Source: Promethearchaeota archaeon
Lineage (GTDB): Archaea > Asgardarchaeota > Heimdallarchaeia > Hodarchaeales > Hodarchaeaceae
Assembly (NCBI GenBank): GCA_048938105.1
Contig: JBHLMN010000021.1
Coordinates: forward strand, 41,699-105,698
Reading direction: 5' to 3'
Length of the DNA stretch: 64,000 bases
Made by a program: the position numbers and the translations under genes. This document shows, piece after piece, positions 19,186 to 29,672 of this stretch. Each line of letters begins with the position of its first letter. Position 1 is the first letter of the stretch. Under the pieces are notes generated by a model, which saw only the letters and a program-made list of their open reading frames with translations, was not told where the DNA came from and searched no databases.

Positions 19186-20612
19186 GAATAATAAAGGTGA
19201 TATGTTTGGCCAATTTTAATTACAATGATTTGAAGCATATATTTAGAGCTTATGACATCAGGGGTATCTTCAATGAGGAAATCACTCCACAAACCCATTT
19301 TCTGATTGGTCTTGCTTTTGGAACGTTTTTAAAGCTTGATCAAGGATTAAAAGAGGAGCATATTTTCATAGCCTATGATATACGGCAAACTAGTTCTCTA
19401 CTAGCTCAGGCTTTTGCTGCGGGGGTTATGGCTACTGGAATCGGCATCGAATATTCAGGGGAAGCACTTCAGTTTGGTGCATGTATGTTTTCAGCATGGC
19501 AAGGGGGAGCTTTTGCTACAGCCTTTATTACCGCTTCTCATTTACCACCAGAGTGGAATGGGGTGAAATTTTATTATGGAAATGGTGTTGGTTTCTCTGA
19601 AGAAGATAATATGAGAATTCGTGATATTTTTGTTGAAGGTAAATTCATAACACCAGATTGGAATCAAGTTGGTCAAATGGTTGTTACGAATCTTAAGGAA
19701 GAATATAATAAGTTTCTAATTTCTAAATTTTCATTAAAACGAAAATTGAAAGTTGTGGTTGATTGTGGTAATGGATCTTCATGTTTAGCTGCCCCAACTA
19801 TTCTCCAAGGCATTGGTTTAAATATTATTCCCTTATTCTGTAATGTGGACTCCACTTTTCCGAATCGGAGCTCAGAACCAAATGAAAAATCGTTAAAATT
19901 TCTTTCTAAAAAGGTAAAATCTGAAAGTGCAGATTTTGGTGTTGGGTTTGACGGAGATGGCGATCGAGCTGTTATTGTTGATGATAGGGGACGAGTTCTT
20001 CTCGCGGATATTACTGGATTAATTTTAGCTGAATTTATGATCAAAGAATCGCCAAATTTGAACCGCGTACTTGTGAATGTTGAATGCTCACTTGCTTTAG
20101 AAAAAGTATTATCATCCTCTGCCATCGTTGATCGGATTAAGGTCGGACATACGTTTCTTACAGCTGATGCTCAAAAGAAACCTGATACTTTGATTGGTAT
20201 TGAATCAAGTGGACATATGGTTTTTCCAACAGTTTATCTTTTTGATGATGCCATGATTATTCCTCTGAAACTTGCAGAGATTCTTTCAAAACAGGACCAA
20301 TCTTTATCAAAACTTGTCGATGAACTTCCTACTCTACATAAACGAAAAATTGCTGTTTCTTGTCCCGATAAAGTGAAATTCAAAGTTATAAATGAGTTAT
20401 TAAACACTCTTCAATCACAATACAATGATATTAATGCCATCGATGGCATTGGTATTCCCATTGGCAATGAATCTTGGGTGTTAATTCGAGCTAGTAATAC
20501 AAGCCCAAAAATACGTATTACAGTTGAAGCTGGAACAGAAACACAAGCAGATGATCTGTTATCAGAGTTCCAAGATCATTTAGAAGCTAAGATAAATGAA
20601 CTTTTGAATTAA
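19182..20612 (+). CDS. Phosphomannomutase/phosphoglucomutase
   Basis: FRAYDIRG, ITASHLP (catalytic Ser), FDGDGDR, GIESSGH, RASNT. Confidence 0.94.
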   Translation: MRIIKVICLANFNYNDLKHIFRAYDIRGIFNEEITPQTHFLIGLAFGTFLKLDQGLKEEHIFIAYDIRQTSSLLAQAFAAGVMATGIGIEYSGEALQFGACMFSAWQGGAFATAFITASHLPPEWNGVKFYYGNGVGFSEEDNMRIRDIFVEGKFITPDWNQVGQMVVTNLKEEYNKFLISKFSLKRKLKVVVDCGNGSSCLAAPTILQGIGLNIIPLFCNVDSTFPNRSSEPNEKSLKFLSKKVKSESADFGVGFDGDGDRAVIVDDRGRVLLADITGLILAEFMIKESPNLNRVLVNVECSLALEKVLSSSAIVDRIKVGHTFLTADAQKKPDTLIGIESSGHMVFPTVYLFDDAMIIPLKLAEILSKQDQSLSKLVDELPTLHKRKIAVSCPDKVKFKVINELLNTLQSQYNDINAIDGIGIPIGNESWVLIRASNTSPKIRITVEAGTETQADDLLSEFQDHLEAKINELLN

Positions 20613-20726
20613 TATGTGGAGTATTGATTGTAAATTTTAATAATATTATCTAGAAAATTCTCTATCCGTACAAATACTCTTTCTATTATGAACAAAATAG
20701 ATTCTGCAAACCAGGAATGACATATT

Positions 20727-21425
20727 ATGTCAAAAATAATTGGAATGATTGGTGGAACAGGGCCACAAGGTCAGGGGTTGGCATTAAGATGGGGTTTAGC
20801 TGGAGAATCAGTAATAATGGGATCACGACAACAAGAAAAAGCTGACAGAATTTCAACGCAAGTGAATGAAAAATTGGGAAAAGATCTGGTGATTCCACGA
20901 ACTAATGAAGAATGTGTCAAAGAATCAGACATTATCTTATGCACAACACCCTTTGATTATATAGTGAAAACAATAACCCCTTTTATAAAATACTTTACTC
21001 CTGATCACATTATTGTTGATGTGACGGTACCGTTAAAGCCTTTTGATAAAGGAAAAATGGTAGACTTATTGCCAGAACTAGAACAAGGAACAAAAAGCGC
21101 AACAGAATTGCTACGGAAAGTTATTCCAGGAGATGTACCTCTTGTTGGTGCTTTTAAGACTCTATCAAACGCAACACTACAAGATATCGATCGTTTACCA
21201 GTTCTTAACCAAGATGTATTCATTTTAGGTCGTGAAAAAAAAGCAAAACATGTTGTGAAAGAGAAAGCTATGTTAATAAAGAATTTAAGGCCTGTAGATG
21301 CAGGTGGAACGTTATCTGCTAGGCATGTTGAACATTTTACCGCTTTTCTCATTGGTTTAAATCGTAGATATAAAACCCACGATTGTGGTTTTACTGTGAC
21401 TGGTCTTACTGAAAGAGATTGGTAA
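20727..21425 (+). CDS. npdG: NADPH-dependent F420 reductase
   Basis: GGTGPQGQGLALRW, GSR..EKA, DVTVPL, VGAFKT.S, RPVDAG. Confidence 0.85.
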   Translation: MSKIIGMIGGTGPQGQGLALRWGLAGESVIMGSRQQEKADRISTQVNEKLGKDLVIPRTNEECVKESDIILCTTPFDYIVKTITPFIKYFTPDHIIVDVTVPLKPFDKGKMVDLLPELEQGTKSATELLRKVIPGDVPLVGAFKTLSNATLQDIDRLPVLNQDVFILGREKKAKHVVKEKAMLIKNLRPVDAGGTLSARHVEHFTAFLIGLNRRYKTHDCGFTVTGLTERDW

Positions 21426-21457
21426 AAGCACTTCATTCAACATTGAAAAATATCATT

Positions 21458-23134
21458 TTAGCAATAAAGATAAGAACTATTCCTATAAATCAAGTTGTAG
21501 ATTAGATCCTGTTCATCTTTCTTTATACTATAAATCCTAAATATTTCTTCATCTAATTCCTTGAAAAAGTTTAATCGATGAGAATCAGTATGTTGAATAC
21601 ACCAAGGCAAACTATGTAGATTTTTCAATAAATTTTGGATCTTCGTTATGCTCGAAGGTATCTTGATTGGGAGATCTTTCAAATATTTGATCGGAATTTT
21701 TGGAAAAATCTTTTTTACAGATGTAAAACGCTGCATAAGATAGAAAGACATTAAACTTGAATTCAATAAAGCTTCAAGGAAAATTAAATCAGAAATGGGA
21801 CGATTGGGGCGTAGAGTGATCATGTAGACATCACATACACAAAAATGTTGATTAGGATCAAAAATTGCAATTAATTCATGACCTATCCGTCGAAGTAGTA
21901 GTTTTGGCTTCAGATACAAATTATAATCTTTAAAAATTGATTTATTATGTTTATCAAATCGTATATAGCGAATATTCTTATCTAATCGAAATTTCTTAAT
22001 AGATCGACCAGCAATTAATGGTACAAAATTTGCATCTTTCTTGATATTGCTTGTATGAGCTGAGTGAAAACCTACTTCGATACCCCGTGAGATTAAAGTA
22101 AACTTCCAAAGTGGAATGCTATTTTCTTGAATTTTCTCTAAGATCAAAACAATATCTTCATCTGGTTGTGGCAATAATAAGTTGTAAAGATTTTCCTTTA
22201 TTTTTTGTTGGATAACGATGTGTTTTTTTATGGGGTGAATTGGAGGATCTAAAGTGGTATTAATCCTCTCAATATGGATCTCATTTTTTTCACGTTCTTT
22301 CTGAAAAGAATTTCGTTGTAAAACTAGAATACAAGTTTCTACATGGAATCCAGGGAATATTCTATTATCTAGATGGACAATCCTAAGAATCTTAGTTGTA
22401 TCCAATAAGTATTGTCGGATCTTCTGATACCTAAAATTACTTACTAAATTGCTGGGGATTATAAAACCAATTATACCCCCCTCACGCAATAACTGAATTG
22501 ATCTCTCGATAAAAAGAATATAACTTTCAACTTCAGGGTCTATGGCTCGATATAAATTACGGTAGATTAGCTTTTCTTCATCGAGAAAATTAATACCATA
22601 AGGAGGATTTCCAAGAATAATATCATAACCTTTATGATTTGACACTTTTGGCCATTCTACGAACCAATGGAATGGATTGTGATCCTCAAGGATTTTTATC
22701 CCTTCAATGTGATTGTTGATAATAAAAGAACTATTGAGTTGGTTTCTTGACCAGGTTTTATCCCAACCTTTTGGCGCAGCTATATATCCCAATAATGTAT
22801 TACCTACTTTTAATGACATCTCAGCAGATAAATCTTTTACTTTTAGAATGTTGTCATTAGCAAGCTTAATTACTTTAGGATTGATATCTAATCCATGACA
22901 ATGAAGATCTATATTATATCCTTTGCTTTTACTAAATTCTTTGAAACGATAAGCAAATTTCATTAAAAATCGGCCATCACCTGCAGCTGGATCGAGAATA
23001 TTGAGGTTTTTAATTGATGATTTTGGTTCTCCGAGATCTTCCCAGTACTTAAGTAGTAAGAGGACAATAAAACTAACTATTTTCTGTGGAGTAGGAATAG
23101 CACCCAGTTCTCTAGTGACTGAACTAGCGACCAT
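21458..23134 (-). CDS. N6-adenine methyltransferase (Eco57I/TaqI-like)
   Basis: LGAIPTP, LDPAAGDG, FHWFVEWP, GYDIILGNPPY, TaqI_C-like PKLLLRRIG...ALLNS. Confidence 0.88.
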   Translation of the reverse strand: MVASSVTRELGAIPTPQKIVSFIVLLLLKYWEDLGEPKSSIKNLNILDPAAGDGRFLMKFAYRFKEFSKSKGYNIDLHCHGLDINPKVIKLANDNILKVKDLSAEMSLKVGNTLLGYIAAPKGWDKTWSRNQLNSSFIINNHIEGIKILEDHNPFHWFVEWPKVSNHKGYDIILGNPPYGINFLDEEKLIYRNLYRAIDPEVESYILFIERSIQLLREGGIIGFIIPSNLVSNFRYQKIRQYLLDTTKILRIVHLDNRIFPGFHVETCILVLQRNSFQKEREKNEIHIERINTTLDPPIHPIKKHIVIQQKIKENLYNLLLPQPDEDIVLILEKIQENSIPLWKFTLISRGIEVGFHSAHTSNIKKDANFVPLIAGRSIKKFRLDKNIRYIRFDKHNKSIFKDYNLYLKPKLLLRRIGHELIAIFDPNQHFCVCDVYMITLRPNRPISDLIFLEALLNSSLMSFYLMQRFTSVKKIFPKIPIKYLKDLPIKIPSSITKIQNLLKNLHSLPWCIQHTDSHRLNFFKELDEEIFRIYSIKKDEQDLIYNLIYRNSSYLYC

Positions 23135-23285
23135 GACAGTCCTCTCTTACCATTCCACTAATTGATGAATTCACCATATATATAAAAATCCAAGTTATTT
23201 TATCTTAACTCAACATTAACTATTCTATTTATTTTAAAAAAATCCTTTTGAAGAAGAATTAGACTCTTTCATATGTACAAAGAGA

Positions 23286-24668
23286 GTGAATTATATGAGA
23301 TTTGAAGAGTTGAGTTTTGCTGAAGCGCCAATAATTAATGAGAAACTTCCTGGAACCATGTCATTAAAGATTTTAAAACGACAGAAAGAAATTGAGGGAA
23401 GTGCAATTTCATATCCAATTGACATCCCACTAGTTATGGACGAAGCGAGAGGTGCAACGATAAAAGATGTTGATGGTAATGTTTTTCTTGATTTTTTTGC
23501 TGGAGCTGGGGTATTAGCACTCGGTCATTGTAATCCTATTATCCTAGAAGCAGTGAAAAAGCAACAAAACAAACTCACACATAGTTTGGACTTTCCGACT
23601 ACAATCAGACTTGAATTAATCGAATGTATTCGAAGTATAATGCCAGGTAATCTGAAAGACAAAGTAAAAGTGCAATTTGGGGGACCTACAGGATCAGACG
23701 CTGTGGAAAGTGCCATTAAACTAGCTAAATACTATACCAATCGACATTCTTTGATTTCGTTTGAAGGAGGTTATCATGGTATGACGGCAACTGCATGTTC
23801 CTTAACATCTGGTAAGTTTTGGAAAGAGAAATATATCCCAATGATACCAGAAGTTCACTTTGTACCTTATGCCTATTGTTATAGATGCCCTTTTAATAGA
23901 ACTAGAGCTGATTGTAGCTTGGAATGTGCATCGTATTATGAACATATACTAGAGGATCCTCACTCTGGGGTAGTACAACCAGCATCAGCTATTATTGAAC
24001 CTATTCAAGGAGAAGGTGGATCTATTGTGCCTCCAAAGGAATTTATTAAGAAAATTGAAGAAATAAGCAGATCTTATAATGTTCCTATAATATTTGACGA
24101 AATTCAGGCTGGTTTTTGCAGGACTGGGGAATTTTTTTCGTTTCAACATTCAGAGGCTTCACCAGATATTATAACGATGTCTAAAGCATTGGGTGGAGGA
24201 TTTCCTCTTTCTGCTATCGCTTACAGAGAAGATTTTGATGTGTGGAAAAAAGCATCGCATATAGGAACTTTTAGGGGAAATGTTACTGCAATGGCTGCGG
24301 GAGTAGCCTCTATTCAGTTTTTTAAAGAAAATAATATTAATAATCATGTTAATGAAATCGGAACTTTCATGCTTAATGAATTAAAAACATTAGAAAACGA
24401 CTCCGAGATTGTAGGCGATGTGAGAGGTAAAGGTCTTATGCTTGGTGTGGAGTTTGTTGAAAACAAAGAAACGAAAAAACCATCAGCGGAGTTTGCAGCT
24501 AAAGTGAGAGAAGAAAGTTTTTCTCAAGGTATACTCGTTGAAGTGGGAGGCCATTACAATAATGTTGTGAGATTTTTACCACCTCTTATTATAACAAAGG
24601 AATTTACGAGAATTGGAATAGATATTTTTAAAGAAGTCATCGACAAGATTGAGAGAGAGATTCATTAA
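23286..24668 (+). CDS. Class III aminotransferase, diaminobutyrate--2-oxoglutarate transaminase (Dat/EctB)-like; probable ATG 23295
   Basis: DFFAGAGVLALGH, GPTGSDAVESAIKLAK, GGYHGMT, EPIQGEGG, DEIQAGF.RTG, SKALGGG, H.GTFRGN. Confidence 0.88.
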   Translation: MNYMRFEELSFAEAPIINEKLPGTMSLKILKRQKEIEGSAISYPIDIPLVMDEARGATIKDVDGNVFLDFFAGAGVLALGHCNPIILEAVKKQQNKLTHSLDFPTTIRLELIECIRSIMPGNLKDKVKVQFGGPTGSDAVESAIKLAKYYTNRHSLISFEGGYHGMTATACSLTSGKFWKEKYIPMIPEVHFVPYAYCYRCPFNRTRADCSLECASYYEHILEDPHSGVVQPASAIIEPIQGEGGSIVPPKEFIKKIEEISRSYNVPIIFDEIQAGFCRTGEFFSFQHSEASPDIITMSKALGGGFPLSAIAYREDFDVWKKASHIGTFRGNVTAMAAGVASIQFFKENNINNHVNEIGTFMLNELKTLENDSEIVGDVRGKGLMLGVEFVENKETKKPSAEFAAKVREESFSQGILVEVGGHYNNVVRFLPPLIITKEFTRIGIDIFKEVIDKIEREIH

Positions 24669-25858
24669 TTCTCCCCCCAAAATTTAATTACTTGTGTATA
24701 GAATTCCATAGCCTTTACAAGATGTTCTACAGGAACTTGATCCTCTGTAGTATGAGCTAATTTATCATCCCCAGGTCCAAAGCCTATAGTGGGAATATCA
24801 AAAATCCCTTTAGTAGCAGCACCATTTGTTGAAAATCGCCAATAATAAAGAACAGGATCTCTATCGAAACGTCTTCTATAAGCTTTAATAGCAGTTTGAA
24901 CAAATGGATGAGATTCTTCCATATACCAAGAAGGATAATAAGCTTTTACGGGGTATAAGAGTCCACTACTACTTTTATATTTGTGTTTTGGAATATAAAC
25001 TTCTGCTTTAACCTTTCTTACAGAATTTAAAGTATTTATTTCTTCGAGTACACTCTCTTCAGAATCTTCTGAAATTAATCTTCTATCTATATGAATTGTT
25101 GAGCTATCTGCAGTAGCATTAATGGAAGGAGATGTGGAACAGATCTTTGTGACAGATATATTTCCTTTACCAAATATTGGATCAACTTTAAGTTCTGAAT
25201 CCATTTTTTCAATATCTAAAACAATTGGGATTATTTTATAGATAGCATTCTCTCCAAGCTCTGGAGCCGCACCATGGCTTGAGATACCAGTTGTATGGAC
25301 TTTAATATCAACTCTACCTCTATGGCCAATAGCAATCTTTAAATTCGAAGGTTCGCTGAGAATAACAGCATCTGGTATTACTTTGTCTTCTTTGATTATA
25401 TACTGCCAGTTTAATCCTTCATAGATCTCCTCTTGAACAGAAGCTACAAAATAAACGGTAAGGTTGTCTGGTATTCCAATTTCTGTTAGGATCTTTCCTG
25501 TATAGATGACCGAAGCTAGTCCACCCTTTTGATCGCAAGCCCCTCGTCCATAGATAATACCATTATCGAGTTTTCCCTCAAAAGGATCATATTCCCAACT
25601 TTGGGGATCTCCAACTTCGACAGTATCTGCATGTCCATCTATAGCAAGAATTTTTTCTCCTGACCCGATTTTTCCAAGTAAGTTTCCCATATTATCTATC
25701 TGGATGTCATCATAACCAATCTGTTCCATTTCTTGTTTTATTCTTCTAATTACATTACCTTCTTTCCCAGTCATTGAGGGGATAGCTATTAATTCTCTCG
25801 TAAATTCTGTTACTTTCTGTTTAAGAGACTTAACGGTGTTTTTAATTGATGATTTCAT
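24665..25858 (-). CDS. M20 family metallohydrolase, YgeY-like
   Basis: DGHADTV, GRGACDQKGG, VQEE, GHRGR, FSTNG, GFGPG...AH. Confidence 0.85.
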   Translation of the reverse strand: MKSSIKNTVKSLKQKVTEFTRELIAIPSMTGKEGNVIRRIKQEMEQIGYDDIQIDNMGNLLGKIGSGEKILAIDGHADTVEVGDPQSWEYDPFEGKLDNGIIYGRGACDQKGGLASVIYTGKILTEIGIPDNLTVYFVASVQEEIYEGLNWQYIIKEDKVIPDAVILSEPSNLKIAIGHRGRVDIKVHTTGISSHGAAPELGENAIYKIIPIVLDIEKMDSELKVDPIFGKGNISVTKICSTSPSINATADSSTIHIDRRLISEDSEESVLEEINTLNSVRKVKAEVYIPKHKYKSSSGLLYPVKAYYPSWYMEESHPFVQTAIKAYRRRFDRDPVLYYWRFSTNGAATKGIFDIPTIGFGPGDDKLAHTTEDQVPVEHLVKAMEFYTQVIKFWGEN

Positions 25859-26194
25859 AATAATTATACATTTAGCTCATTCTTTATTAGTTGATATGCA
25901 AGTACCCAAAAAAAAAGAGACCAAATCTAATTTAGTATAATGAATCTAATAAATTATCCATGAATATCAATGAATGGAATACAGTTTACCTTTTATTTTT
26001 CCGGAATGGTGTTAAAGACTTAAGATCTACCTATTAAATCCAATAACTATTTATAGCTGATAAAAGTAAAAATACCTAGATAATTTAATTACTAATATCT
26101 TCACTAAAAGAAGGATATAAACAAGAAAAACTATCAATGAAGATATATAATATACAGAATCGACTAATAATAATATATAAAGATTGTAAATTCA

Positions 26195-27340
26195 ATGAAA
26201 AAACCTGATCGAAGGATTTTTCGAGAAATGAGGTCTGATCAATTGCAAAGAGATGTAATTTTTTCAGTATTTGATCGCAAAAAAGGCCCAGTCATTCTTT
26301 ATTCTTCAATAGATTCCCCAGACAGCGCAAAAAAGGTAGCTGTACGTTCTTTCATTGCTATTGGCGCAATGGAAGAGAATGCGGATCTGAGTGGAAAGCA
26401 TGCCGTTGTTCCTCTTCCAGCTCTTAATAAAATTGCCTTTTATTATATGTTTACTGTTAAACGAAAAGAAGCTAGTGATGAACCTCCCCTCTGGGCAACA
26501 ATTGGTTACATGAACGAAAGTACTGATTCAATTGATTTTTATCGCACTTTACCTCTTATTCAAGAAAACATCATGAAAATTGTAGAATTGATTCAAAAGC
26601 GATTCTCTTATTCTGAACTAGACAATAAACTAGATACTTTAATTATCAAATCTATTTCATCACTCCAAACTTTACAAGAAACGGTAGTGGAACCAGAGCC
26701 AACACCTGTTATCGCTGAAGTGCACCAAGAAGCAACTACTGAAGTTGTTTATGAGGATTTTAAAATTGGCGACCTTTCCTTCTTATTCGAATATTTTCCT
26801 AGTGATCTTGACAAAGTAATTTACTCCCTTCTTTTAGAAGAACCAGTATTGATCATTGGGGATGTTAGGGATATCGTCCAAAAGGTGGTTGCTTCTCTTG
26901 AATTTCTCGTTCCCCACCGACTCCTCACAAAACAATATTTGACCACTTATATTGATCCAAAAGGTAAAGATATATTGATCTGTTCTTCTCATGTTAATTT
27001 CTTAAAGAAATATAAATATCTTACAAATGTTCATGTAGAAAAACGTAAGGTTGATTCAAAAATAAAAGGAGTCCCGTCAATCAATAATTTAATCAATACT
27101 CTTCAAATTGCCCCTAAAGCAACCCAAAAATCAGTTATTAATACCTATGTTGATAAGCTTCTTGCTAAAGCAGCTGCACTTATGGAGTTATGTGAAAAAG
27201 AACAGGTAGATCGAGGGGAGATACAGATTTTCCGTGGGGATTTAAAGGGGGATGAGCTTAACGTCGTTATTGCATTAGTTCGTAAATATGCACCACATTT
27301 TGAAGATAAATTATTTCATTTTGCTCGATCACTAATCTAA
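26195..27340 (+). CDS. DENN-like (longin/uDENN + cDENN) domain protein
   Basis: N-terminal VFDRKKGP (uDENN/longin start) and LFEYF..DLDKVIYSLLLEEPVLIIG....VQKVVASLEFLVP (cDENN core pattern as in AVL9/DENND6 families). Confidence 0.6.
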   Translation: MKKPDRRIFREMRSDQLQRDVIFSVFDRKKGPVILYSSIDSPDSAKKVAVRSFIAIGAMEENADLSGKHAVVPLPALNKIAFYYMFTVKRKEASDEPPLWATIGYMNESTDSIDFYRTLPLIQENIMKIVELIQKRFSYSELDNKLDTLIIKSISSLQTLQETVVEPEPTPVIAEVHQEATTEVVYEDFKIGDLSFLFEYFPSDLDKVIYSLLLEEPVLIIGDVRDIVQKVVASLEFLVPHRLLTKQYLTTYIDPKGKDILICSSHVNFLKKYKYLTNVHVEKRKVDSKIKGVPSINNLINTLQIAPKATQKSVINTYVDKLLAKAAALMELCEKEQVDRGEIQIFRGDLKGDELNVVIALVRKYAPHFEDKLFHFARSLI

Positions 27341-27572
27341 TATACCTCTTTCCGAACATCAATGCAGTTTCTTGTGAAACACAGTTCTAAAAGTACTTCT
27401 GAGCATTTATTTATCAAACAGGCCTCGTATTAAAAATATTACAATTAAGGTTAATTTATTAAGTTTTTATAACCAAAACCTCTTTGTTTATTAAAAACAT
27501 AAAAACTAAAGTGCAATATCCATTCTATTAACTTTATCATGAATTTTGGGAACTAAAAAGGTTGATGAAAGA

Positions 27573-28406
27573 ATGTCATCGTGGATTGACATTATCTTTT
27601 TCTATATTATTTACTTTTTACCAAGTTTTGCGCTGACACTCCTTGCTTTAATAACTGGTATTCTTGTGTACTTTCTAGGGAAAAGAAAGAACCTCATGAT
27701 CATGAATAAAGCCTTTAAAGCAACAAAGCAAAGTAGTAAAGATTGGATAACGAATTTTGAATTAGTTGAAGAGAGTACAACAGGTAGAACATACCTTCTT
27801 GAGGTGAAACCAGATCTATCCATAAAGAACTTTCGTGTTCATTTTACAATGGTGAACAGACATCTCATTTTAAGTAAAATCGCTTCCATTATAAGAAAAC
27901 GTCGTGATTACATTCTTCTAGAAGCTGACCCAAGTGATAAGGTTGTAAAACGTTATCAGCTAGAAGTACTCCCAAGACGAGAAGAAAAAAGTATCAAAGC
28001 ACTCTTAGATATGCTCGGGAAATTAGAACCATTAGAACTTGGAAGCTCTAGACTTGAAGAAAAGTTCATATTTAGGGTCAATGACTCAGATTTATTTCTT
28101 ACAGCTTTTAAGAAAGGAAAAAATATTATCAGAAATCTCTATTCTATGAGAGATCACCTAATAAGGCTCTCGTATTATCCACTTGAAAGTCCTTCCATTC
28201 GTATAGTCGCAGAATTAACTGAAAGTCTCAATCCGAGGCCATTGATGAATATATTATTCAACTTGACAGCTAATATCGCAGATCTTGGTAAAAAAAATTA
28301 TTATTCAAAAAAAAGGACTATTGGATTACGTATCCATGAAGATAAAACTGTTGAGAAAGATAAACAAAAACATAAAAGTCGAGGAAGAAGGCTAGATTTA
28401 TCTTAA
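27573..28406 (+). CDS. Single-pass membrane protein resembling CCDC47/DUF1682 (PAT complex subunit)
   Basis: N-terminal TM followed by YFLGKRKN; HFTMVNRHLILSKIASIIRKRRD; basic C-terminal tail. ATG 27573 follows AGGTTGA. Confidence 0.55.
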   Translation: MSSWIDIIFFYIIYFLPSFALTLLALITGILVYFLGKRKNLMIMNKAFKATKQSSKDWITNFELVEESTTGRTYLLEVKPDLSIKNFRVHFTMVNRHLILSKIASIIRKRRDYILLEADPSDKVVKRYQLEVLPRREEKSIKALLDMLGKLEPLELGSSRLEEKFIFRVNDSDLFLTAFKKGKNIIRNLYSMRDHLIRLSYYPLESPSIRIVAELTESLNPRPLMNILFNLTANIADLGKKNYYSKKRTIGLRIHEDKTVEKDKQKHKSRGRRLDLS

Positions 28407-28945
28407 GGCTTATTTTTCACCAACTGAGCTTGGGTATTTCGAATTTTTTCTTCGATTTGATTTCGAAGGTCGAAAACATCAACAGATTTGGTGAAACGGT
28501 AGATTGGTAATTCAACATAATCTCCTTCAAGATCAGTTTGATATATACGAATAGTGAAACCCTTTATACCAGCAGCAGAAGTAGCTACGGATAAAGCTAC
28601 AAATGAGAATTCGTTCCATTTGTATTCATATAAACGTTTGCCCACCTTTAATGAAAAACTATCTTGTCCTAGAGTTATCACCCTCTTAACATAATGAGTA
28701 TAGTACAAATAAGTAAGCGTAAATGCTCCAATTATTAGTACAATTACCGAGGGTACATCTATAATGATTATTTGTTCACCAACAGATTGAGCTACTACAG
28801 ATCGAATCAGAAAAAATCCAAACACTTCGATAGCTAGAATTATAATGAAAATTAAAATTAATGTGAGACCTCTTCTACTCTCTATTATAATTGGAAATAA
28901 TTCTTGTTGAGCAGAAGTTGCCTCTTGAGCTCCGCTTTCAGTCAT
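28403..28945 (-). CDS. Two-TM membrane protein with C-terminal beta-rich (bacterial PH-like) domain
   Basis: Two hydrophobic helices followed by beta-strand-rich YEYKWNEF region. Confidence 0.6.
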   Translation of the reverse strand: MTESGAQEATSAQQELFPIIIESRRGLTLILIFIIILAIEVFGFFLIRSVVAQSVGEQIIIIDVPSVIVLIIGAFTLTYLYYTHYVKRVITLGQDSFSLKVGKRLYEYKWNEFSFVALSVATSAAGIKGFTIRIYQTDLEGDYVELPIYRFTKSVDVFDLRNQIEEKIRNTQAQLVKNKP

Positions 28946-28958
28946 TTAGAACTCTTCC

Positions 28959-29534
28959 TCAAGACCAAAACTTTAGTCTAGACTTGCTTTTTATCAAATT
29001 CTTTGGATGAAAAAGTTTCGCACCACGTCTGGCAATAAAACTGTCTGAGTTAAATATTTCAATATTTTTAAGATCAGCATAAAGTAATCCTAGTTCACGG
29101 GATGTGTGACGATTAATATTATGTATAACTTTGGTTGGTAGCTTTCCTTCGCCAAATAACAATAACCACATCCACTCGAATTCCATTGCTCCCATGAGAC
29201 TGGTAACTTCACGCATCCAACCAACTAACACTGACCACTTCACATTTGTAACATTTTTGAGGTATATAGTAGCACATCCAACTCTATATGTGGGAGAAGC
29301 CATGAATGAAAAGGCTCTAGATAAAACGAAACCTCTATGTCTCACTCCACCATAAATCAAAGAATCTATAGTATTCTTTGGATGACTCTTTTTATCTTTT
29401 TTGGACATTTGAGTAATATTATAGTCTCTAATAGCGATATCAAAAGTTGCGATCCAACGGCCCCCTTTTATTAATAATTCATGTTCTACGTAACGGAGAT
29501 ATTCTTCTCTTTTAGTTAGTTTTGTGGAAGACAC
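28959..29534 (-). CDS. Hypothetical protein
   Basis: 191-aa ORF co-oriented with its neighbours; no family recognised. Confidence 0.6.
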   Translation of the reverse strand: MSSTKLTKREEYLRYVEHELLIKGGRWIATFDIAIRDYNITQMSKKDKKSHPKNTIDSLIYGGVRHRGFVLSRAFSFMASPTYRVGCATIYLKNVTNVKWSVLVGWMREVTSLMGAMEFEWMWLLLFGEGKLPTKVIHNINRHTSRELGLLYADLKNIEIFNSDSFIARRGAKLFHPKNLIKSKSRLKFWS

Positions 29535-29635
29535 ATTCGTTCGATTTTCTTTGGCTTTTTAAATTCTTCCATAATAAAAACCATCAAGACAGATTGCTCT
29601 AATTAAAAATAGATTCTCGTTTTTTATCTTAGCAA

Positions 29636-29672
29636 TGATAAAAAAAAGGGGGGGAGATAGGAAAAAAGAGGC
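29636..29672 (-). terminator. Pyrimidine/oligo-U archaeal terminator after the APC permease
   Basis: Minus strand has a long pyrimidine tract (T run, C run, then T run) directly after the TAG. Confidence 0.55.

Noticed and set aside
29640-29656. Homopolymer A/G tracts as a phase-variation site
   Set aside because: Intergenic and directly after a stop codon; better explained as a U-rich terminator.
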